Assembly: GCA_964035545.1 (NCBI GenBank)
Contig: CAXIUT010000073.1
Span: forward strand, 502,564-566,563
Direction of reading: 5' to 3'
DNA length: 64,000 nucleotides
Origin: Bugula neritina
Taxonomy: Eukaryota; Animalia; Bryozoa
Shown here in pieces: positions 57,341-64,000 of the stretch (the first letter of the stretch is position 1; the number at the start of each line of letters is the position of its first letter). Position numbers and translations under genes: made by a program. Below the pieces are notes generated by a model. That model searched no databases. It was not told the DNA's origin and saw only the letters and a list, made by a program, of their open reading frames with translations.

Positions 57341-60300
57341 CTTGTCCACTTTTGATTTTCATGCGGCATGGAAACTTTTGTAGTTTTAAATAATGTCTCC
57401 AAATTCATCACTTGCATGTGTTTAGATACTTGATGAAAATTTTTATGCAAAACTTGATGCCTGCTTCAAAGACACCAGTGCTTAATTACTGTGTTAACTG
57501 TATTGGCACGTTGCCATGAGATATTTGGTAATATTTCGCATCACAACAAACTCTTCAGAAAGTTGAGAAAATCAGTCTAGAAAGTTAATGAAATAAACCT
57601 ACCAGAGAGAGTAAGCTAGATGTAACAAGTAGATCCAAAACAAGTTGATAAACAATTGAAGTTGAAGTCTCCATGTAGTCAACACGTTAGTCCTAATGTC
57701 AAATGCAAACGTCTGCAACCAAACTGTGTAGACTTCATAAGCTGGTTAGCTGACAGGAGAGATTAAAGTTCTTAACTCTTGTGTGTATAGTGATGCCCAT
57801 CTTGAACTAGAGATGGCTGACTGAAGACTGCTACTTTGTGAAAATTGACAATGCATATTATTATTATTCATTGTTGAGATTCACGACTGCCATAAACAAT
57901 GATAAAATATTCATTGTTGGTACTACTGAGTAGAATAAAATATAATATAATATTATTTTCTGGACAGATAAATAATATCAAATGCATATTATAACTTACC
58001 ATAAATCTACAGTGCTTCACATCTTCACCTTTTTCTGCAATGTTATTTCTTTGCAGTTAGAAGTACTAGCTGAATATATGACTATGAAACATAACCCTTC
58101 AATTTCATTGCACCAGCACCAGTTGCAAGATAGGTGTATTGAGAGTTATCTTTCCCAAAATTTTGTTCTTGGTGTTTATACGAAGCAGACACAGGCTAAT
58201 ATTAGTTTTGTTATTTGCAAGAGTTTTTCTGTCTGATTGTCCATCAGCAAAAGTTTGCGCCTTGCAGTTATTATGGAAATACCAGTGATGCTGGAAGACC
58301 TTTGCATTGTACACCCGCCTTTACTATTGAATTTAGATATTTTATTTTCCCATCCCCTCTCCTGCCCCCCTGTCCCCTCTAACAACCAGCAATCCTGACT
58401 CATGTGAATTGTGTTATTGTTCTAGAGTTGGCCCATGGGCCTACAGTATACGATTTGAAGCTTTATAGTTTACAGGCAGTAGAGATGAGTCACTGCTGAA
58501 ACTCATTTTATTAGTAGACTATATTGCTCTTCAATAATCAGTTTTCATATTAAAAGAGAAAGCTCATCTGCAGCGCCATTTCACAGTGTTATGTTTTGCT
58601 AGAGCAATAACTACTTTTAGATGCCTTTGCAAACATATGAGAAATAAATGAGTCATTCTATGAAAAGAGGTGTTTGCAGCACTTGTCCACTTTTGATTTA
58701 CATGCGGCATGGAAACTTTTGTAGTTTTAAATAATGTCTCCAAATTCATCACTTGCATGTGTTTAGATACTTGATGAAAATTTTTATGCAAAACTTGATG
58801 CCTGCTTCAAAGACACCAGTGCTTAATTACTGTGTTAACTGTATTGGCACGTTGCCATGAGATATTTGGTAATATTTCGCATCACAACAAACTCTTCAGA
58901 AAGTTGAGAAAATCAGTCTAGAAAGTTAATGAAATAAACCTACCAGAGAGAGGAAGCCAGATGTAACAAGTAGATCCAAAACAAGTTGATAAACAATTGA
59001 AGTTGAAGTCTCCATGTAGTCAACACTTTAGTCCTAACGTCAAATTCAAACGTCTGCAACCAAACTGTGTAGACTTCATGAGCTGATTAGCTGACAGGAC
59101 AGATTAAAGCTCTTAACTCTTGTGTGTATAGTGATGCCCATCTTGAACTAGAGAGGGCTGACTGAAGACTGCTACTTTGTGAAAATTGACAATGCATATT
59201 ATTATTATTCATTGTTGAGATTCACGACTGCCATACACAATGATAAAATATTCATTGTTGGTACTACTGAGTAGAACAAAATATAATATAATATTATTTT
59301 CTGGAAAGATAAATAATATCAAATGCATATTATAACTTACCATAAATCTACAGTGCTTCACATCTTCACCTTTTTCTGCAATGTTATTTCTTTGCAGTTA
59401 GAAGTACTAGCTGAATATATGACTATGAAACATAACCCTTCAATTTCATTGCACCAGCACCAGTTGCAAGATAGGTGTGTTGGGAGTCATCTTTCCTAAA
59501 AATTTGTTCTTGGTGTTTATACGAAGCAGACACAGGCTAATATTAGTTTTGTTATTTGCAAGAGTTTTTCTGTCTGATTGTCCATCAGCAAAAGTTTGCG
59601 CCTTGCAGTTATTATGGAAATACCAGTGATGCTGGAAGACCTTTGCATTGTACACCCGCCTTGACTATTGAAGTTAGATGTTTTATTTTCCCATCCCCTC
59701 TCCCGCCCCCTTGTCCCCTCTAACAACCGGCAATCCTGACTCATGTGAATTGTGTTATTGTTCTAGAGTTGGCCCATGGGCCTACAGTATACGATTTGAA
59801 GCTTTATAGTTTACAGGCAGTCGAGATGAGTCACTGCTGAAACCCATTTTATTAGTAGACTATATTGCTCTTCAATCATCAGTTTTCATATTAAAACAGA
59901 AAGCTCATCTGCAGCGCCATTTCACAGTGTTATATTTTGCTAGAGCAATAACTAATTTTAGATGCCTTTGCAAACATATGAGAAATAAATGAGTCATTCT
60001 ATGAAAAGAGGTGTTTGCAGCACTTGTCCACTTTTGATTTACACGCGGCATCGAAACTTTTGTAGTTTTAAATAATGTCTCCAAATTCATCACTTGCATG
60101 TGTTTAGATACTTGATGAAAATGTTTATGCAAAATTTGATGCCTGCTTCAAAGACACCAGTGCTTAATTACTGTGTTAACTGTATTGGCACGTTGCCATG
60201 AGATATTTGGTAATATTTCGCATCACAACAAACTCTTCAGAAAGTTAAGAAAATCAGTCTAGAAAGTTAATGAAATAAACCTACCAGAGAGAGTAAGCCA

Positions 60301-63300
60301 GATGTAACAAGTAGATCCAAAACAAGTTGATTAACAATTGAAGTTGAAGTCTCGATGTAGTCAACACTTTAGTCCTAACGTCAAATTCAAACGTCTGCAA
60401 CCAAACTGTGTAGACTTCATGAGCTGGTTAGCTGACAGGACAGATTAAAGTTCTTAACTCTTGTGTGTATAGTGATGCCCATCTTGAACTAGAGAGGGCT
60501 GACTGAAGACTGCTACTTTGTGAAAATTGACAATGCATATTATTATTATTCATTGTTGAGATTCACGACTGCCATAAACAATGATAAAATATTCATTGTT
60601 GGTACTACTGAGTAGAATAAAATATAATATAATATTATTTTCTGGAAAGATAAATAATATCAAATGCATATTATAACTTACCATAAATCTACAGTGCTTC
60701 ACATCTTCACCTTTTTCTGCAATGTTATTTCTTTGCAGTTAGAAGTACTAGCTGAATATATGACTATGAAACATAACCCTTCAATTTCATTGCACCAGCA
60801 CCAGTTGAAAGATAGGTGTGTTGGGAGTTATCTTTCCTAAAAATTTGTTCTTGGTGTTTATACGAAGCAGACACAGGCTAATATTAGTTTTGTTATTTGC
60901 AAGAGTTTTTCTGTCTGATTGTCCATCAGCAAAAGTTTGCGCCTTGCAGTTATTATGGAAATACCAGTGATGCTGGAAGACCTTTGCATTGTACACCCGC
61001 CTTTACTATTGAATTTAGATATTTTATTTTCCCATCCCCTCTCCTGCCCCCCTGTCCCCTCTAACAACCAGCAATCCTGACTCATGTGAATTGTGTTATT
61101 GTTCTAGAGTTGGCCCATGGGCCTACAGTATACGATTTGAAGCTTTATAGTTTACAGGCAGTCGAGATGAGTCACTGCTGAAACCCATTTTATTAGTAGA
61201 CTATATTGCTCTTCAATCATCAGTTTTCATATTAAAACAGAAAGCTCATCTGCAGCGCCATTTCACAGTGTTATATTTTGCTAGAGCAATAACTAATTTT
61301 AGATGCCTTTGCAAACATATGAGAAATAAATGAGTCATTCTATGAAAAGAGGTGTTTGCAGCAATTATCCACTTTTGATTTACAAGCGGCATCGAAACTT
61401 TTGTAGTTTTAAATAATATCTCCAAATTCATCACTTGCATGTGTTTAGATACTTGATGAAAATGTTTATGCAAAATTTGATGCCTGCTTCAAAGACACCA
61501 GTGCTTAATTACTGTGTTAACTGTATTGGCACGTTGCCATGAGATATTTGGTAATATTTCGCATCACAACAAACTCTTCAGAAAGTTAAGAAAATCGGTC
61601 TAGAAAGTTAATGAAATAAACCTACCAGAGAGAGTAAGCCAGATGTAACAAGTAGATCCAAAACAAGTTGATTAACAATTGAAGTTGAAGTCTCGATGTA
61701 GTCAACACTTTAGTCCTAACGTCAAATTCAAACGTCTGCAACCAAACTGTGTAGACTTCATGAGCTGGTTAGCTGACAGGACAGATTAAAGTTCTTAACT
61801 CTTGTGTGTATAGTGATGCCCATCTTGAACTAGAGAGGGCTGACTGAAGACTGCTACTTTGTGAAAATTGACAATGCATATTATTATTATTCATTGTTGA
61901 GATTCACGACTGCCATAAACAATGATAAAATATTCATTGTTGGTACTACTGAGTAGAATAAAATATAATATAATATTGTTTTCTGGACAGAAAAGTAATA
62001 TCAAATGCATATTATAACTTACCATAAATCTACAGTGCTTCACATCTTCACCTTTTCCTGCAATTTTATTTCTTTGCAGTTAGAAGTAGTAGCTGAATAT
62101 ATGACGATGAAACATAACCCTTCAATTTCATTGCACCAGCACCAGTTGCAAGATAGGTGTGTTGGGAGTTATCTTTCCTAAAAATTTGTTCTTGGTGTTT
62201 ATACGAAGCAGACACAGGCTAATATTAGTTTTGTTATTTGCAAGAGTTTTTCTGTCTGATTGTCCATCAGCAAAAGTTTGCGCCTTGCAGTTATTATGGA
62301 AATACCAGTGATGCTGGAAGACCTTTGCATTGTACACCCGCCTTTACTATTGAATTTAGATATTTTATTTTCCCATCCCCTCTCCTGCCCCCCTGTCCCC
62401 TCTAACAACCAGCAATCCTGACTCATGTGAATTGTGTTATTGTTCTAGAGTTGGCCCATGGGCCTACAGTATACGATTTGAAGCTTTATAGTTTACAGGC
62501 AGTCGAGATGAGTCACTGCTGAAACCCATTTTATTAGTAGACTATATTGCTCTTCAATCATCAGTTTTCATATTAAAACAGAAAGCTCATCTGCAGCGCC
62601 ATTTCACAGTGTTATATTTTGCTAGAGCAATAACTAATTTTAGATGCCTTTGCAAACATATGAGAAATAAATGAGTCATTCTATGAAAAGAGGTGTTTGC
62701 AGCAATTGTCCACTTTTGATTTACAAGCGGCATCGAAACTTTTGTAGTTTTAAACAATATCTCCAAACTCATCACTTGCATGTATTTAGATACTTGATAA
62801 ACTTTTTTATGCAAAACTTGATGCCTGCTTCAAAGACACCAGTGCTTAATTACTGTGTTAACTGTATTGGCATGTTGCCATGAGATATTTGGTAATATTT
62901 CACATCACAACAAACTCTTCAGAAAGTTGAGAAAATCAGTCTAGAAAGTTAATGAAATAAACCTACCAGAGAGAGGAAGCCAGATGTAACAAGTAGATCC
63001 AAAACAAGTTGATTAACAATTGAAGTTGAAATCTCCATGTAGTCAACACTTTAGTCCTAATGTCAAATGCAAGCGCCTGCAACCAAACTGTGTAGACTTC
63101 ATGAGCTGGTTAGCTGACAGGACTCATTAAAGTTCTTAACTCTTGTGTGTATAGTGATGCCCATCTTGAACTAGAGAGGGGTGACTGAAGACTGCTACTT
63201 TGTGAAAATTGACAATGCATATTATTATTATTCATTGTTGAGATTCACGCCTGCCATAAACAATGATAAAATATTCATTGTTGGTACTACTGAGTAGAAT

Positions 63301-64000
63301 AAAATATAATATAATATTATTTTCTGGACAGACAAATAATATCAAATGCATATTATAACTTACCATAAATCTACAGTGCTTCACATCTTCACCTTTTTCT
63401 GCAATGTTATTTCTTTGCAGTTAGAAGTACTAGCTGAATATATGACTATGAAACATAACCCTTCAATTTCATTGCACCAGCACCAGTTGCAAGATAGGTG
63501 TGTTGGGAGTTATCTTTCCCAAAACTTTGTTCTTGGTGTTTATACGAAGCAGACACAGGCTAATATTAGTTTTGTTATTTGCAAGAGTATTTCTGTCTGA
63601 TTGTCCATCGGCAAAAGTTTGCGCCTTGCAGTTATTATGGAAATACCAGTGATGCTGGAAGACCTTTGCATTGTACACCCGCCTTTACTATTGAATTTAG
63701 ATGTTTTATTTTCCCATCCCCTCTCCTGCCCCCCTGTCCCCTCTAACAACCAGCAATCCTGACTCATGTGAATTGTGTTATTGTTCTAGAGTTGGCCCAT
63801 GGGCCCACAGTATACGATTTGAAGCTTTATAGTTTACAGGCAGTCGAGATGGGTCACTGCTGAAACCCATTTTATTAGTAGACTATATTGCTCTTCAATA
63901 ATCAGTTTTCATATTAAAAGAGAAAGCTCATCTGCAGCGCCATTTCACAGTGTTATGTTTTGCTAGAGCAATAACTACTTTTAGATGCCTTTGCAAACAT

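Larger units (their letters stand above)
1..64000. repeat. Tandem macrosatellite array, 1341-bp monomer, 47 complete copies plus 11 bp, running off both window ends
   Basis: TTTGCAAACA recurs at 1, 1342, 13411, 56323 and 63990. ORF-track coordinates step by exactly 1341 (821, 2162, 3503...). 47x1341+962 = 63989, which matches the start of monomer 48 at 63990. Confidence 0.99.
34867..64000. repeat. Second, irregular HOR lineage built on a 4-monomer unit (types F-N-I-M) with monomer gains and losses
   Basis: Types were read from the 69-aa marker ORF (F=FLGKIT, N=RNTL/VLG, I=ILG, M=FLGKMT). The order for monomers 27-47 is FNIIM IM FNIM NIM FNIM FFN. Confidence 0.8.

Noticed and set aside
56365-57350. 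Target-site duplication around the LINE
   Set aside because: The flanks join exactly as in empty monomers. At most a single shared A is present.
1-64000. CRISPR array or prokaryotic repeat system
   Set aside because: There are no short repeats with unique spacers and no cas or other prokaryotic genes. The LINE indicates a eukaryotic genome.

Overview
The whole window is one head-to-tail tandem array (macrosatellite) of an AT-rich 1341-bp monomer: exactly 47 monomers plus 11 bp, differing by substitutions with no net length change. It is interrupted once, in monomer 43 (56379-57340, 962 bp), by a 5'-truncated non-LTR retrotransposon of the CR1/L2 group. The element has an open ORF2 C-terminal frame, a structured 3' UTR, AATAAA, a (CAAA)7 tail and no target-site duplication. 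Variant patterns divide the array into three zones: a near-perfect 4-monomer higher-order repeat (HOR, 5364 bp, itself a dimer of dimers) at 1-~18.8 kb, a mosaic transition zone at ~18.8-34.9 kb, and a second, irregular 4-mer HOR lineage at ~34.9-64 kb with monomer gains, losses and chimeras. Each monomer carries a canonical G-quadruplex/i-motif tract, a 12-bp palindrome, three clustered AP-1-type motifs and a cluster of SOX-type motifs. This looks like eukaryotic (probably animal) satellite heterochromatin, possibly centromeric or pericentromeric (inference). The short repeated ORFs in the track look spurious, and I see no credible host gene, RNA gene or CRISPR array.
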